Under the pieces are notes generated by a model that was given only the letters and a program-made list of their open reading frames with translations, was not told the origin of the DNA and made no database searches. Shown one piece after another: positions 8,240 to 18,217 of a DNA stretch of 64,000 bases (the first letter of the stretch is position 1; each line of letters begins with the position of its first letter). Location of the stretch: contig CAYRKT010000001.1 of the NCBI GenBank assembly GCA_964425005.1, positions 77,980 to 141,979 on the forward strand, read 5' to 3'. This DNA comes from an uncultured Synergistia bacterium (GTDB lineage Bacteria; Synergistota; Synergistia; CAYRKT01). A program made the translations under genes and the position numbers.

Positions 8240-9512
8240 CCCCTATCCTGACCGTGTCCCCCGGCCGAGCCCCGAACCTGGACAGCACTTTCTCCACCTG
8301 GAATTTTAGCAAAATCTTCTTAAACCTGGCCAGGTTCTCGTCCAGCGAGAGGTCGTTCCTGGCGACGAAGTCCTCGAGGAGTCCGTGGCGCACGAGGAAG
8401 AGGCCCTCCCCAAGGACCTCCACTCTGGGGGGTTCGAGCCTCCTGAGCCTCTCCTCGGCCGTACCGCTCAGGTCGAAAAAGGTCGGCTCCACGCGTCCAG
8501 CGCGAGACCCCGGCTCCCCAGAGGTCAGTTCCAGCAGGGCCTCGACCAGCCCGTCCAACCCTTCGCCCGTGAGGGCGCTGGTGGGAACGAACCTGAGCCC
8601 CACGTCGAGGAAGCGCCTCGCCAGGAGATCGCAGACCGTCCTCTCCGGGAGGAGGTCCACCTTGTTGCCCACGACCAGGGACATCCTGCGCAGCATGTCC
8701 TCCCTGTAGGCTCTGACCTCATCCCTGACCACCTCGAAGTCGCGCCAGATCTCCTCGAGGTCTCCCTTAGACACGTCCAGCACCTGGACCAAAACCCTGG
8801 TCCTCTCGGCGTGCTTGAGGAAGCGAAGGCCAAGGCCCTTTCCCTCGCTGGCTCCCTCTATGAGCCCGGGCAGGTCGGCCACGACCAGGCGCACCTCTTC
8901 GCCGACGGATAGCACCCCCAGGTTGGGAGCAAGGGTGGTGAAGGGATAGTCCCCTATCTTCGGGTTGGCGTTGGACATGGCTGCCAGGAGGCTCGACTTG
9001 CCGGCGTTGGGAAGCCCTAAGAGCCCCACGTCAGCCAGGATCTTCAACTCCAGGCGAATCCACCTGGCCTGGCCACGCCCCCCTCTCTCGGCTACCCTGG
9101 GGCTCTGCCTGACGGAGCTCTTGAAAGAGGCGTTGCCCCTCCCCCCTCTGCCGCCCCTCGCCACCAGCGCCCTGTCGCCGGGCACGACCAGGTCAGCGAG
9201 CTCCCTCCCGTCGTCGTCCTTGACGACGGTCCCGCAGGGGACCTTTATTATCAGGTCCTCCCCGTCCCTTCCCCTTTTGCCCTTGCCCTCTCCCCTGCCG
9301 CCGTCTTGAGCCCTGTACCTCACCTGATAGGTCAGGTCCAAGAGAGTGTAGAGGTCGGGCGATGCCTCGATGTAGACGCTGCCCCCTCTACCACCATCCC
9401 CCCCGTCGGGACCGCCTTTGGGGACGAACTTCTCGCGCCTGAAGCTTACCGCCCCATCGCCCCCCCTGCCGCCCTCGACGTATATCCTGGCTTCGTCCAC
9501 GAAGAAGGCCAC
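8166..9512 (-). CDS. obg: GTPase Obg/CgtA
   Basis: Glycine-rich Obg fold N-terminus FVDEARIYVEGGRGGDGAVSFRREKFVPKGGPDGGDGGRGGSVY, then G domain (GLPNAGKSSLL, NKVD) and a C-terminal extension. GTG start. Confidence 0.9.
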   Translation of the reverse strand: MAFFVDEARIYVEGGRGGDGAVSFRREKFVPKGGPDGGDGGRGGSVYIEASPDLYTLLDLTYQVRYRAQDGGRGEGKGKRGRDGEDLIIKVPCGTVVKDDDGRELADLVVPGDRALVARGGRGGRGNASFKSSVRQSPRVAERGGRGQARWIRLELKILADVGLLGLPNAGKSSLLAAMSNANPKIGDYPFTTLAPNLGVLSVGEEVRLVVADLPGLIEGASEGKGLGLRFLKHAERTRVLVQVLDVSKGDLEEIWRDFEVVRDEVRAYREDMLRRMSLVVGNKVDLLPERTVCDLLARRFLDVGLRFVPTSALTGEGLDGLVEALLELTSGEPGSRAGRVEPTFFDLSGTAEERLRRLEPPRVEVLGEGLFLVRHGLLEDFVARNDLSLDENLARFKKILLKFQVEKVLSRFGARPGDTVRIGDVDFEFWPEEQMAEGEGGEEDLED

Positions 9513-9530
9513 CTAGACCGTCGCACCTCC

Positions 9531-9566
9531 ATAAAAAGTGCAAGCAAGCAAAGCGCTTGCTTGCAC
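9531..9566 (-). terminator. Intrinsic terminator or attenuator between rpmA and obg: 12-bp perfect stem (gtgcaagcaagc / gcttgcttgcac), 5-nt loop, then UUUUUAU on the minus strand
   Basis: Perfect inverted repeat at 9538-9566 immediately followed on the coding strand by a T-run (plus-strand aaaaa at 9533-9537). The GGAGGTG RBS and GTG start of obg follow. Confidence 0.45.
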
Positions 9567-9624
9567 TGAAACGCCCTGACAGCAAAGCCTCGAAGCTTCG
9601 CCGCGGAGCAGCATGCGCTTACCC

Positions 9625-9906
9625 CTAAGAAAGGGGTAGGACGCTCACCACCCGCTTTCCTCCCCTGCTCTCGAACTTGACCACCCCTTCCGAGAGGGCG
9701 AATATGGTGTAGTCCTTGCCCAGCCCCACGTTCCTGCCGGGGTGGAACTTCGTCCCCCTCTGCCTCACTATTATGTTGCCGGCCTTCACCACCTGACCGT
9801 CGTAGACTTTGACTCCGAGCCGCTTGCTTATGCTGTCCCTGCCGTTTTGGGTGCTACCCTGCCCCTTCTTGTGGGCGAATATCTGCAGGTCAAAAGCCCT
9901 AACCAT
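9625..9906 (-). CDS. rpmA: 50S ribosomal protein L27 with an N-terminal propeptide ([10 protein letters not shown] | AHKKGQGST)
   Basis: Conserved mature N-terminus [15 protein letters not shown] is preceded by a 10-aa extension resembling the Bacillus propeptide MLRLDLQFF|ASKKG. Confidence 0.9.
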   Translation of the reverse strand: MVRAFDLQIFAHKKGQGSTQNGRDSISKRLGVKVYDGQVVKAGNIIVRQRGTKFHPGRNVGLGKDYTIFALSEGVVKFESRGGKRVVSVLPLS

Positions 9907-10252
9907 CTCCTCCGACCCCCTCTCCGAAAGTCTCCTCCAGTCTCACGTGGTTCGGATACGCAGCCGCAACGCCCTCCAACCCCACCGAGATCAACTCGAA
10001 GGCGAGCTGTGCCTCCCTCGACGAAGCCTCCTCGACCGAGAGCTCGACCCTGTAGAAACCCCCCTCCGCGCTCCTGCGCATCCTGGGTGAGAAGCCGAAC
10101 CGCTTGAGTCCCTCCCCCAGGGTCTCAAACAGGACCGAGACGGCCGCGCAAACCACGTCCTTCCCCCTCTCGGCGAAACCCGCGTGGCCCCTGCCCTCTA
10201 ATGCCACCACCGGACCTCCGGGGCCCCTCCTCTCGACCCTCACCCTAACCAT
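9899..10252 (-). CDS. prp: Ribosomal-processing cysteine protease Prp
   Basis: [20 protein letters not shown] matches the Prp family (GHAGY..GxDIVCAAVS) with conserved His/Cys. Sits between rplU and rpmA with 8-nt overlaps on both sides. Confidence 0.8.
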   Translation of the reverse strand: MVRVRVERRGPGGPVVALEGRGHAGFAERGKDVVCAAVSVLFETLGEGLKRFGFSPRMRRSAEGGFYRVELSVEEASSREAQLAFELISVGLEGVAAAYPNHVRLEETFGEGVGGDG

Positions 10253-10559
10253 TTACCTCCAGTATCTCTACCTCCGTGTAGGGCTGGCGATGGGACTTGT
10301 TGCGGCGGTAGTTCTTCTTCCTCTTGAACTTGAAGACCAAAACCTTGTCGTGCTTCCCGTGGGACAAGACCTTAGCCTTGACCGAGGCCCCCTCCAGGTA
10401 AGGCCTGCCCACCCTCACAACCCCGTCCCTGTTCACCAACAGAACCTTGTCGAACTCGAAGACCTCCCCCTCCTCGTAGGGGAGCTTCTCGACCTTCAAA
10501 ACCCCTCCCGGCTGGCACCTGTACTGCTTGCCCCCGGTCTCCAGAACGACGTAAGTCAT
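10245..10559 (-). CDS. rplU: 50S ribosomal protein L21
   Basis: MTYVVLETGGKQYRCQPGGVLKVEKL.. is a typical bL21. GGAGGTG RBS upstream of the ATG at 10557-10559. Confidence 0.9.
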   Translation of the reverse strand: MTYVVLETGGKQYRCQPGGVLKVEKLPYEEGEVFEFDKVLLVNRDGVVRVGRPYLEGASVKAKVLSHGKHDKVLVFKFKRKKNYRRNKSHRQPYTEVEILEVNG

Positions 10560-10607
10560 AGAGGACACCTCCGCGTTCGCCCGCTATATATCGCCGAACA
10601 TTTTTGG

Positions 10608-10637
10608 ATTATAGCAAGGATGCCCCATTGCGGTCAA
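10608..10637 (-). promoter_or_regulatory. Sigma-70 promoter for the rplU-prp-rpmA operon: -35 TTGACC, 18-nt spacer, -10 TATAAT
   Basis: Minus-strand sequence reads TTGACCgcaatggggcatccttgcTATAATccaaaaatg, about 45 nt upstream of the rplU ATG. Confidence 0.45.
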
Positions 10638-10644
10638 CACAAAG

Positions 10645-13320
10645 CTAGCCCAGCTCCTCTATGTTCCGGCGAAGCCTCTCTGCCACCGCCGACATCTCCT
10701 CGAGCCTCGCCCTCTCCCTCTCCACCACCTCGGCGGGTGCCCTGTTGAGGAAGTTCTCGTCGAGGAGCTTGAGACGTAAGGGCTCCATCTCCCGCTCCAG
10801 CCTGGAGAGCTCCTCCCTCAGAGATCCCATGAGACCCCTGAAGTCCAGCTCGAGGGGCATCTGGACCAGGACTTCACCCCATGGGAAGACCTCGAAGACA
10901 GACCTATCGGGCCTGTCCTCGCCCTCCCACGCCGAGACCTCCCTGGCGCCGCTGAGCAGGGCGATGTAGTCCCTCTGCTCCTCCAAGAACCCAAGCGCCT
11001 CCCCCTCGCCCCTGAGGTAGACGCGCACCTCCTCTCGGGGATGGATCCTGGCGTCGGCCCTGAGGTTCCTGACCGATCTCACCACCTCGCTGAGAAGGCG
11101 CATTTTATCGCAGGAGGCCTCGAATCTCTCGGGCACCCCGATGGGCCTCGGCCAGCTGCTCACCGCCAGGAGTTCGTCGCCGAAACCGAACCTGTGCCAG
11201 AGCTCCTCGCTGACGAAGGGAACGAACGGGTGGAGGAGCTTGAGAAGGGTCTCGAACACGGTGAAAGCCACCGCGCCTGTCGCAGCCTTCCTGGAGCTAC
11301 CCTCGAGCCCCCTCATGGCGGGCTTGGCGATCTCCAGGTACCAGTCGCACAGCTCCTTCCAGGTGAAGTCGTATATGGCCCTGGCGGCCTCCCCGAACCT
11401 GTAGAGCTCCAGGTCCTCGGTGACCTTGCGGACCAGCTCGTCCAGCCTCCACAGGATCCACTCGTCCTGGAACTTGAGCTCCATCCCGACCAGGTCCTCG
11501 GGACCCTCTATCAGACTGGCCCCCTCCGACTGGTAGTTCATCAGCACCAGCCTCGAGGCGTTCCAGAGCTTGTTCACGAAGTGCTTGTAGCCCTCTATCT
11601 TCGCCTCAGAGAGCATTATGTCCCTACCCTGGAAGGTGAGAACACAAAGGGTGAACCTCAGCGCGTCGGCGCCGTACTTCTCTATCATGTCCAAGGGATC
11701 TATCACGTTCCCCCTGGACTTGCTCATCTTCTGCCCCCTCTCGTCCCTCACCAGTGCGTGGATGTAGACGTCCCTGAAGGGGATCTCGCCCATGAAGTGA
11801 AGCCCCATCATGATCATGCGGGCCACCCAGAAGAAGATTATGTCGAACCCCGTCACCAAGAGGTCTGTCGGATAGAAGCGCCTAAGGTCCGACGTCTCCT
11901 CGGGCCAGCCTAGGGTGGAGAAGGGCCAAAGGGCGCTGGAGAACCACGTGTCCAGCACGTCCTCGTCCTGCCTTATGGAGCTGCTGCCGCAGGCCTCACA
12001 GGAGGTGGGGTCCTCGCTGCTCACCGTGACGTGCCCGCAGCTGTCGCAGTACCAAGCCGGAATCCTGTGCCCCCACCAGAGCTGCCTAGATATGCACCAG
12101 TCCCTTATGTTCTCCATCCACTGGTAGTAGGTGTTGGCCCAGCTCTCGGGCACGAACCTGATCCTGCCGCTTCTCACCGCCTCCACAGCGGGCTCGGCCA
12201 AGGGCCTGGTCCTGACGAACCACTGGTCGGAAAGGTAAGGCTCTATCTGGGAGGAACACCTGTAGCAGTGACCCACCGAATGGATGTGATCCTCCACCTT
12301 GACCAGGAAGCCCTCCCTCTCCAACCTCTCCACGAAGGCCTTCCTGCACTGAGACCTATCCATGCCGGCGAACTCCCCCGCCTCCTCGGTCATCACGCCC
12401 TTCTCGTCCATCACCTGGATCTGGGGCAAGCCGTGCCTCTGCCCCACCAGGAAGTCGTTGGGATCGTGGGCGGGGGTGATCTTCACACAGCCGGTGCCGA
12501 AGGAGGGATCGACCATCTTGTCCTCTATTATGGGTATCCTCCTACCCACCACCGGGACCACCGCGGTCCTCCCCACCAGGTGTCTGTACCTCTCGTCCTC
12601 CGGGTGAACCGCTATGGCCACATCTCCCAGTATGGTCTCGGGCCTCGTGGTGGCGACCACCACCCTCTCCTCGAGCCCCTCCACCGGATAGGCCACGTAG
12701 TAGAGCTTACCCTTAACCTCCTTGTGCTCCACCTCCAGGTCCGACAGGGCGGTGGTGCAACGGGGACACCAGTTGACCAGGTACTTACCCCTGTATATCA
12801 GGCCCTCCCTGTAGAGGGAGACGAAGACCTCCCTGACCGCCCTGGAGAGACCCTCGTCCAGGGTGAAACGGGTCCTGCTCCAATCGCACGAGGCGCCAAG
12901 CCTCTTCAGCTGGCTGATTATCCTGCTGCCGTACCTCTCCTTCCACTCCCAAACCCTCTGGAGGAAGCGCTCCCTCCCCAGCTGATCCCTCGTCAATCCC
13001 TCCTTAGCTATCTCCCTCTCCACCACGTTCTGGGTGGCTATGCCGGCGTGATCCGTCCCGGGAAGCCACAGGACGTCGAAGCCCCTCATCCTCTTGTACC
13101 TCACCACCACGTCCTGCAGGGTGTTGTTCAAAGCATGGCCCATGTGCAGCGAGCCGGTCACGTTAGGTGGGGGTATAACTATGCAGTAGGGCGGAAGATC
13201 GCTCCTCTTGTGAGCCCTAAATACGTCCTTTTCCATCCAGACGTCGTACCATTTGACCTCCACGCCAGATGGATCGTAGCTGCCCTGGATGCCCTCCCTA
13301 GGAAAGACCCTTTTCCCCAC
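10645..13320 (-). CDS. valS: Valyl-tRNA synthetase
   Basis: HMGHALNNTLQD (HIGH region), KMSKSRGN, C-terminal coiled coil; 891 aa. Confidence 0.95.
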   Translation of the reverse strand: MGKRVFPREGIQGSYDPSGVEVKWYDVWMEKDVFRAHKRSDLPPYCIVIPPPNVTGSLHMGHALNNTLQDVVVRYKRMRGFDVLWLPGTDHAGIATQNVVEREIAKEGLTRDQLGRERFLQRVWEWKERYGSRIISQLKRLGASCDWSRTRFTLDEGLSRAVREVFVSLYREGLIYRGKYLVNWCPRCTTALSDLEVEHKEVKGKLYYVAYPVEGLEERVVVATTRPETILGDVAIAVHPEDERYRHLVGRTAVVPVVGRRIPIIEDKMVDPSFGTGCVKITPAHDPNDFLVGQRHGLPQIQVMDEKGVMTEEAGEFAGMDRSQCRKAFVERLEREGFLVKVEDHIHSVGHCYRCSSQIEPYLSDQWFVRTRPLAEPAVEAVRSGRIRFVPESWANTYYQWMENIRDWCISRQLWWGHRIPAWYCDSCGHVTVSSEDPTSCEACGSSSIRQDEDVLDTWFSSALWPFSTLGWPEETSDLRRFYPTDLLVTGFDIIFFWVARMIMMGLHFMGEIPFRDVYIHALVRDERGQKMSKSRGNVIDPLDMIEKYGADALRFTLCVLTFQGRDIMLSEAKIEGYKHFVNKLWNASRLVLMNYQSEGASLIEGPEDLVGMELKFQDEWILWRLDELVRKVTEDLELYRFGEAARAIYDFTWKELCDWYLEIAKPAMRGLEGSSRKAATGAVAFTVFETLLKLLHPFVPFVSEELWHRFGFGDELLAVSSWPRPIGVPERFEASCDKMRLLSEVVRSVRNLRADARIHPREEVRVYLRGEGEALGFLEEQRDYIALLSGAREVSAWEGEDRPDRSVFEVFPWGEVLVQMPLELDFRGLMGSLREELSRLEREMEPLRLKLLDENFLNRAPAEVVERERARLEEMSAVAERLRRNIEELG

Positions 13321-13963
13321 TCCTCATACCTCCCCACCCACGAAAAGGTGCAAGGCCGTCCGACCGAAAGGCCTTGATCTCCCCGATCAGAAAGCCCCAA
13401 AGCTCTTCTACGCCCTCCCCCTTCACTGAGGAGACCCAAAAGGCCCCGCCCCCCATGAGATGGCCGAACCCAATCCCGAGGGAGCGTCTTCTCTCCGACA
13501 TCTCCGATCGCGAGAGCTTGTCCGCCTTGGTGAAAACCACGACCCTCCTGTGCCGCCAGGGGGAGAGCCACTCCACGAGGGATAGGTCGCCCTCCACGAA
13601 CCCGTGCCTCGCGTCCACCACGTGCAAGACCAGGGCTATCGGCCTATCGCTGCCGAAGTAGAAGTGCACCAGCTCCCGCCACCTCACGAGCTCGCCCCTG
13701 GACCTGGCGGCATACCCGTAGCCCGGGGTGTCCACGAGCCTGAAGGGTGGACTCCCCAGGTGCCGATAGAAGTTGAGGCTCCCGGTCTTGCCGGGCTTAG
13801 AGCTCACCTTGGCCACCGGACCCCCGCAGAGGGCGTTGATGAGGGAGGACTTCCCCACGTTGGACCTACCCACTAGGACGACCTCCGGCAGGGAGGCCCT
13901 GGGCAGCTGATCCGGGAGGAAGGCAGACAGCTCGAACTCGAACCTCAAACCGATCGAGCTCAC
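13298..13963 (-). CDS. engB: Ribosome biogenesis GTPase YihA/EngB (YsxC)
   Basis: [33 protein letters not shown]1-G4 motifs; 221 aa; 4-nt overlap with lon and 23-nt overlap with valS. Confidence 0.85.
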   Translation of the reverse strand: MSSIGLRFEFELSAFLPDQLPRASLPEVVLVGRSNVGKSSLINALCGGPVAKVSSKPGKTGSLNFYRHLGSPPFRLVDTPGYGYAARSRGELVRWRELVHFYFGSDRPIALVLHVVDARHGFVEGDLSLVEWLSPWRHRRVVVFTKADKLSRSEMSERRRSLGIGFGHLMGGGAFWVSSVKGEGVEELWGFLIGEIKAFRSDGLAPFRGWGGMRSGEKGLS

Positions 13964-16293
13964 CCCACTATCGCGTGCTTGAAGACCTCCAGGGCGGACG
14001 TCACGAAGACGAACCTCATGCCCTCCTTCGCCCAGCCGCTCATCTCCTTGACGTCCTTCTCGTTGTCCTTCGGCAATATCACCGTGGATATCCCAGCCCT
14101 CCTGGCGGCCAATATCTTCTCCCTTATGCCGCCAACCGGCAGGACGTTCCCCCTAAGCGTTATCTCCCCAGTCATGGCCACGTCCCTCCTCACGGGCCTC
14201 CTGAGCAGGGACGAACAGATGCTGGTGGCTATGGAGATGCCAGCCGAGGGCCCGTCCTTCGGTATCGCGCCCTCCGGGACGTGAACGTGCACGTCCAGCT
14301 TATCCCAGGACTCCACCTTGAGTCCTATCGTCTCGGCGTTAGCCCTGATGAAGGTCAGGGCCGCCTTGGCCGACTCCTGCATCACGTCGCCCAGGTTCCC
14401 CGTGAGAATGACCTTGCCGCTGCCCTCCACCACCACCGACTCCACGAACATCACGTCGCCGCCCAGCTCGGTCCAGGCAAGCCCGGTGGCCACCCCTATC
14501 TCGTCCCTGTCCAAAGCTCTGTCCCTGTGATACCTGGGCGCCCCCAGGTAGCTCTCCACGTCCCTGACGGACACGGAGAACCTGGAGGAGCTGGCGCCCT
14601 CCTCCACGATCCTCCTGGCCACCTTCCTGCATATCTTGGCCAGGTTCCTCTCGAGGCTCCTCACGCCGGCCTCCCTGGAGTACTCCCTTATGATCCTCTT
14701 TATAGCCCCGTCGGTGAAGGAGATCCTGCCCCCCACCCCATGCTCGGTCGTGACCTTGGGGATCAGGTGCCTCTTAGCTATGTGGAGCTTCTCCTCCTCC
14801 GCGTAGCCGGGGATCTCTATGACCTCCATCCTGTCCAGCAGAGGCCTGGGTATGGTGTGAGTCACATTGGCCGTGGTTATGAACAGGACGTGGCTCAGGT
14901 CGAAGGGGACCTCCAGGAAGTGATCTGTGAAGGAGTGGTTCTGTTCCGGATCGAGCACCTCGAGCAGAGCAGCGGCGGGGTCCCCCCGGAAGTCCAACCC
15001 TATCTTGTCCACCTCGTCCAGCAGGAAGACGGGGTTTTTCACCCCCGCGTTCCTGATCTTCTGGATTATCCGACCGGGAAGAGCCCCCACGTAGGTGCGC
15101 CGATGACCCCTTATCTCGGCTTCGTCCCTCATCCCTCCCAGCGACATGTTGACGAACTTCCTCCCCAGGGCGCGGGCTATGGACCTGGCCAGGGAGGTCT
15201 TCCCGACCCCGGGCGGACCCACGAAGCACAGGATCTGGGCCTTCCTGTTCTTCGAGACCAACTTCCTGACGGCCAGGAACTCCAGTATTCGCTCCTTGAC
15301 CTCCTCAAGTCCGTAGTGGTCCTCGTCCAGCACCTGCTTCGCGAAGCCTATGTCGACCTTGTCGCGGGTCTGCCTCTTCCAGGGGAGGTTTATGAGCCAG
15401 TCCAGGTAGGTCCTAACCACCGTGGCCTCGGCCGAGATGAGCGGCATCTTGGAGAGCCTGGAGAGCTCGTTGAGCGCCTTCTTCTTGACCTCGGAGGGCA
15501 TGCCGCTCCTCTCTATCTGGGCCTCCAACTCGGCTATCTCCGCGTCGGCCTCCCCGGTGTCCCCCAGCTCCTCCCTTATGACCCTGAGCTGCTCCCTGAG
15601 GTAGTACTCCTTCTGGGACCTCTCCAGCTCGCGCCTCACCCTGTCGTGGATCCTGTGCTCCAGCTCCAGTATCTCTATCTCGGAGGTGAGAAGCCTGAGC
15701 AGCTCCTCCAGCCTCTCCCTAACCCCCACCATCTCCAGGAGCCTTTGCTTCTCCTCCAGCTTCACGACCATGTTGGAGGCCACCATGTCGGCGAGCTGCC
15801 CCGGCATCTCCACGTTCCTGAGGGAGAGGACGGTCTCCTGGGGCACCTTGGGATGAAGTCTGGCGTACCTCTCGAACTGGTCCAGGACGGACCTCATGAG
15901 GGCCTGGATCTCCCTGTCCACCGCCACCTGCCTCTCCTCGAAGGTGACCCTCACCTCCATGAAGTCCTCCAGCCTGAGGTACTCGGATATCTTGGCTCGG
16001 AGCAGACCCTCCACCAGCACCTTGAAGGTGTTCTCCGGGGTCCTCATGACCTGAAGAACCTGGCAGAGGGTGCCCATGCCGTAGAGGTCGGAAGGGGTCG
16101 GGTCGTCCACCTGGAAGTCCCTCTGGGCCACCACCAGGACGAAGCGCCCCCGGAGCATCGACTCCTCGAGCGCCTTCAGCGACTTGGGCCTGCCCACGAA
16201 CATGGGGACTATCATGTGAGGGAATACCACCATATCCCTGACCGGTATCACCGGGAGGACGTCGGGATAGCTCTGAGGGGAGGCGAAGGACAT
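13960..16293 (-). CDS. lon: ATP-dependent protease Lon
   Basis: N-terminal LON domain, Walker [16 protein letters not shown], protease-domain serine in KDGPSAGIS; 777 aa. Confidence 0.95.
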   Translation of the reverse strand: MSFASPQSYPDVLPVIPVRDMVVFPHMIVPMFVGRPKSLKALEESMLRGRFVLVVAQRDFQVDDPTPSDLYGMGTLCQVLQVMRTPENTFKVLVEGLLRAKISEYLRLEDFMEVRVTFEERQVAVDREIQALMRSVLDQFERYARLHPKVPQETVLSLRNVEMPGQLADMVASNMVVKLEEKQRLLEMVGVRERLEELLRLLTSEIEILELEHRIHDRVRRELERSQKEYYLREQLRVIREELGDTGEADAEIAELEAQIERSGMPSEVKKKALNELSRLSKMPLISAEATVVRTYLDWLINLPWKRQTRDKVDIGFAKQVLDEDHYGLEEVKERILEFLAVRKLVSKNRKAQILCFVGPPGVGKTSLARSIARALGRKFVNMSLGGMRDEAEIRGHRRTYVGALPGRIIQKIRNAGVKNPVFLLDEVDKIGLDFRGDPAAALLEVLDPEQNHSFTDHFLEVPFDLSHVLFITTANVTHTIPRPLLDRMEVIEIPGYAEEEKLHIAKRHLIPKVTTEHGVGGRISFTDGAIKRIIREYSREAGVRSLERNLAKICRKVARRIVEEGASSSRFSVSVRDVESYLGAPRYHRDRALDRDEIGVATGLAWTELGGDVMFVESVVVEGSGKVILTGNLGDVMQESAKAALTFIRANAETIGLKVESWDKLDVHVHVPEGAIPKDGPSAGISIATSICSSLLRRPVRRDVAMTGEITLRGNVLPVGGIREKILAARRAGISTVILPKDNEKDVKEMSGWAKEGMRFVFVTSALEVFKHAIVG

Positions 16294-16294
16294 A

Positions 16295-17593
16295 TCAAGC
16301 TACCTCCTCGTCGCTCCCCTTGAGGAAGAGGGGCTCACCCCTTCGTCTCACCACTTCCTCGGTGATCACCACCTTCTCCACCTCTCCCTTGTAGTCGGGG
16401 AGCCTGTACATTAGCTCCATCATCACGCTCTCCATTATCCTCCTGAGACCTCGGGCGCCCGTCCTCTGGGCGACAGCGGTCCTGGCTATCTCCCTTATGG
16501 CCTCGGGCGTGAACTCCAGCTTCACCCCGTCGAGCTCGAAGAGCCTCGCGTACTGCCTCACCAGGGCGTTCTTCGGTTCAGTGAGGATGGCACAGAGGTC
16601 GTCCTCCGAGAGGGGATGAACCGCCGTCACCACAGGCAGCCTGCCCACGAACTCAGGTATGAAGCCGTAGTTCAGAAGGTCCTCGGGCTGAACCCGCCGA
16701 AGGAGCTCGTATTCCCGTTCCTCTTCGCTCATCCTGGAGAGCTCGTCCACCTCCTCGGAGGTGGCGAAACCTATGGCGCTCTTCTTGAGCCTTCTGGCCA
16801 CTATGTCGGTCAAGCCCTCGAAGGCACCCCCGCATATGAAGAGTATGTTGGTGGTGTCCACCTGTATGAAGTCCTGATAGGGGTGCTTTCTCCCCCCCTT
16901 GGGAGGGACGTTCGAAACGGTCCCCTCCAGGATCCTCAGGAGCGCCTGCTGAACGCCCTCCCCAGAGACGTCCCTGGTTATCGAGGGGGAAGCGGTCTTC
17001 CTGGCGATCTTATCCACCTCGTCTATGTAGACTATCCCCCTCTCGGCCGCCCTCACGTCGTAGTCGCAGGCCTGCAGCAACCTGGAGAGGATGTTCTCCA
17101 CGTCCTCTCCGACGTACCCCGCCTCGGTCAGAGGGGTGGCGTCAGCTATCACGAAGGGGACCTTGAGCACCTTGGCGAGGGTCTGAGCCAGCAGGGTCTT
17201 GCCGCAGCCGGTGGGCCCCAGGAGCAGGATGTTGGACTTCTGGACCTCCACGTCCAAAAAGGGACCGTAGTAGACCCTCTTGTAGTGGTTGTAGGTGGCC
17301 ACCGCCAGGACCTTCTTGGCCTCTTCCTGCCCCACCACGTAGGCGTCGAGGAAGGCCTTTATCTGCGAGGGAGACGGCAGCTCCACCTCGTCGGCACGGG
17401 GAGATCTGGCATCCGGCAGCTCCTCCGAGGTCACTATAGTGTGGCATATCTCCACGCATTCGTCGCATATGTAGACGCCAGGCCCGGCTATGAGCTTCCT
17501 GACTTCCTTCTCGCTCTTGTTGCAAAAGGAGCACCTGCCGCCTCTTCTGCTCCTGACGCCTCCCTCTCCGTCGCCCAACCCCTTTATCATCAT
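16295..17593 (-). CDS. clpX: ATP-dependent Clp protease ATP-binding subunit ClpX
   Basis: N-terminal zinc-binding CSFCNK..CDEC, Walker [22 protein letters not shown]-loop region; 432 aa. Confidence 0.95.
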   Translation of the reverse strand: MMIKGLGDGEGGVRSRRGGRCSFCNKSEKEVRKLIAGPGVYICDECVEICHTIVTSEELPDARSPRADEVELPSPSQIKAFLDAYVVGQEEAKKVLAVATYNHYKRVYYGPFLDVEVQKSNILLLGPTGCGKTLLAQTLAKVLKVPFVIADATPLTEAGYVGEDVENILSRLLQACDYDVRAAERGIVYIDEVDKIARKTASPSITRDVSGEGVQQALLRILEGTVSNVPPKGGRKHPYQDFIQVDTTNILFICGGAFEGLTDIVARRLKKSAIGFATSEEVDELSRMSEEEREYELLRRVQPEDLLNYGFIPEFVGRLPVVTAVHPLSEDDLCAILTEPKNALVRQYARLFELDGVKLEFTPEAIREIARTAVAQRTGARGLRRIMESVMMELMYRLPDYKGEVEKVVITEEVVRRRGEPLFLKGSDEEVA

Positions 17594-17608
17594 CGCCCCC
17601 CCTAGGTC

Positions 17609-18211
17609 CTACGAGGAGCCCACAGCGACCTGGGCCCTGCTCTCTATTATCTTGTCTATCAAGCCGTACTCCAAGGCCTGCTGAGAGGTCATGAAGAAGT
17701 CCCTCTCGCTGTCCCTCTCTATCCGCTCTATGTCGTTGCCCGTGTGCTTGGCCAATATCCCCTGCAAGAGCCTTTTGAGGCGAAGGATCTCCCTGGCCTG
17801 TATGTCGATGTCCGTGGCCTGCCCCTGAACGCCGCCCCAGGGCTGATGGATCATTATCCTCGCGTTGGGCAGGGCAAACCGCTTGCCCTTAGCGCCGGCG
17901 CAAAGGAGCACAGCCGCCATGCTGGAGGCCTGTCCTATGCATATGGTGCAGACCTGAGGCCTGACGTACTGCATGGTGTCGTATATGGCGAGGCCAGCTG
18001 TGACCGAGCCGCCGGGGCTGTTGATGTACAGGTATATGTCCCTGTCGGCGTCCTCGCTCTCCAGGAACAGGAGCTGAGCTATCACCAGGTTGGCCAGATG
18101 GTCGTCTATCTCCTCGCCCAGGAATATGATCCTGTCCTTGAGCAACCTGGAGTATATGTCGTAAGCTCTCTCGGTCCTGCCGGTCTGCTCTATGACGATC
18201 GGGACGTACAA
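17609..18211 (-). CDS. clpP: ATP-dependent Clp protease proteolytic subunit ClpP
   Basis: [20 protein letters not shown] (catalytic Ser), HQPWGG (catalytic His); 200 aa. Confidence 0.95.
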   Translation of the reverse strand: MYVPIVIEQTGRTERAYDIYSRLLKDRIIFLGEEIDDHLANLVIAQLLFLESEDADRDIYLYINSPGGSVTAGLAIYDTMQYVRPQVCTICIGQASSMAAVLLCAGAKGKRFALPNARIMIHQPWGGVQGQATDIDIQAREILRLKRLLQGILAKHTGNDIERIERDSERDFFMTSQQALEYGLIDKIIESRAQVAVGSS

Positions 18212-18217
18212 GTCGAA

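Noticed and set aside
13975-16323. Very long antisense ORFs (782 aa opposite lon; also 12031..13377 opposite valS, 23252..24586 and 24638..25795 opposite secA, 34054..36354 opposite infB, 38373..40067 and 41070..42317 opposite rpoC, 45571..47961 opposite rpoB, 20638..21846 opposite mnmE, 6851..7993 opposite the LCP protein and nadD)
   Set aside because: Their translations are low-complexity (Gly/Pro/His/Leu/Arg-rich), have no family motifs, and lie opposite strongly supported conserved genes. Stop-codon depletion on the antisense strand of GC-rich coding DNA explains them.
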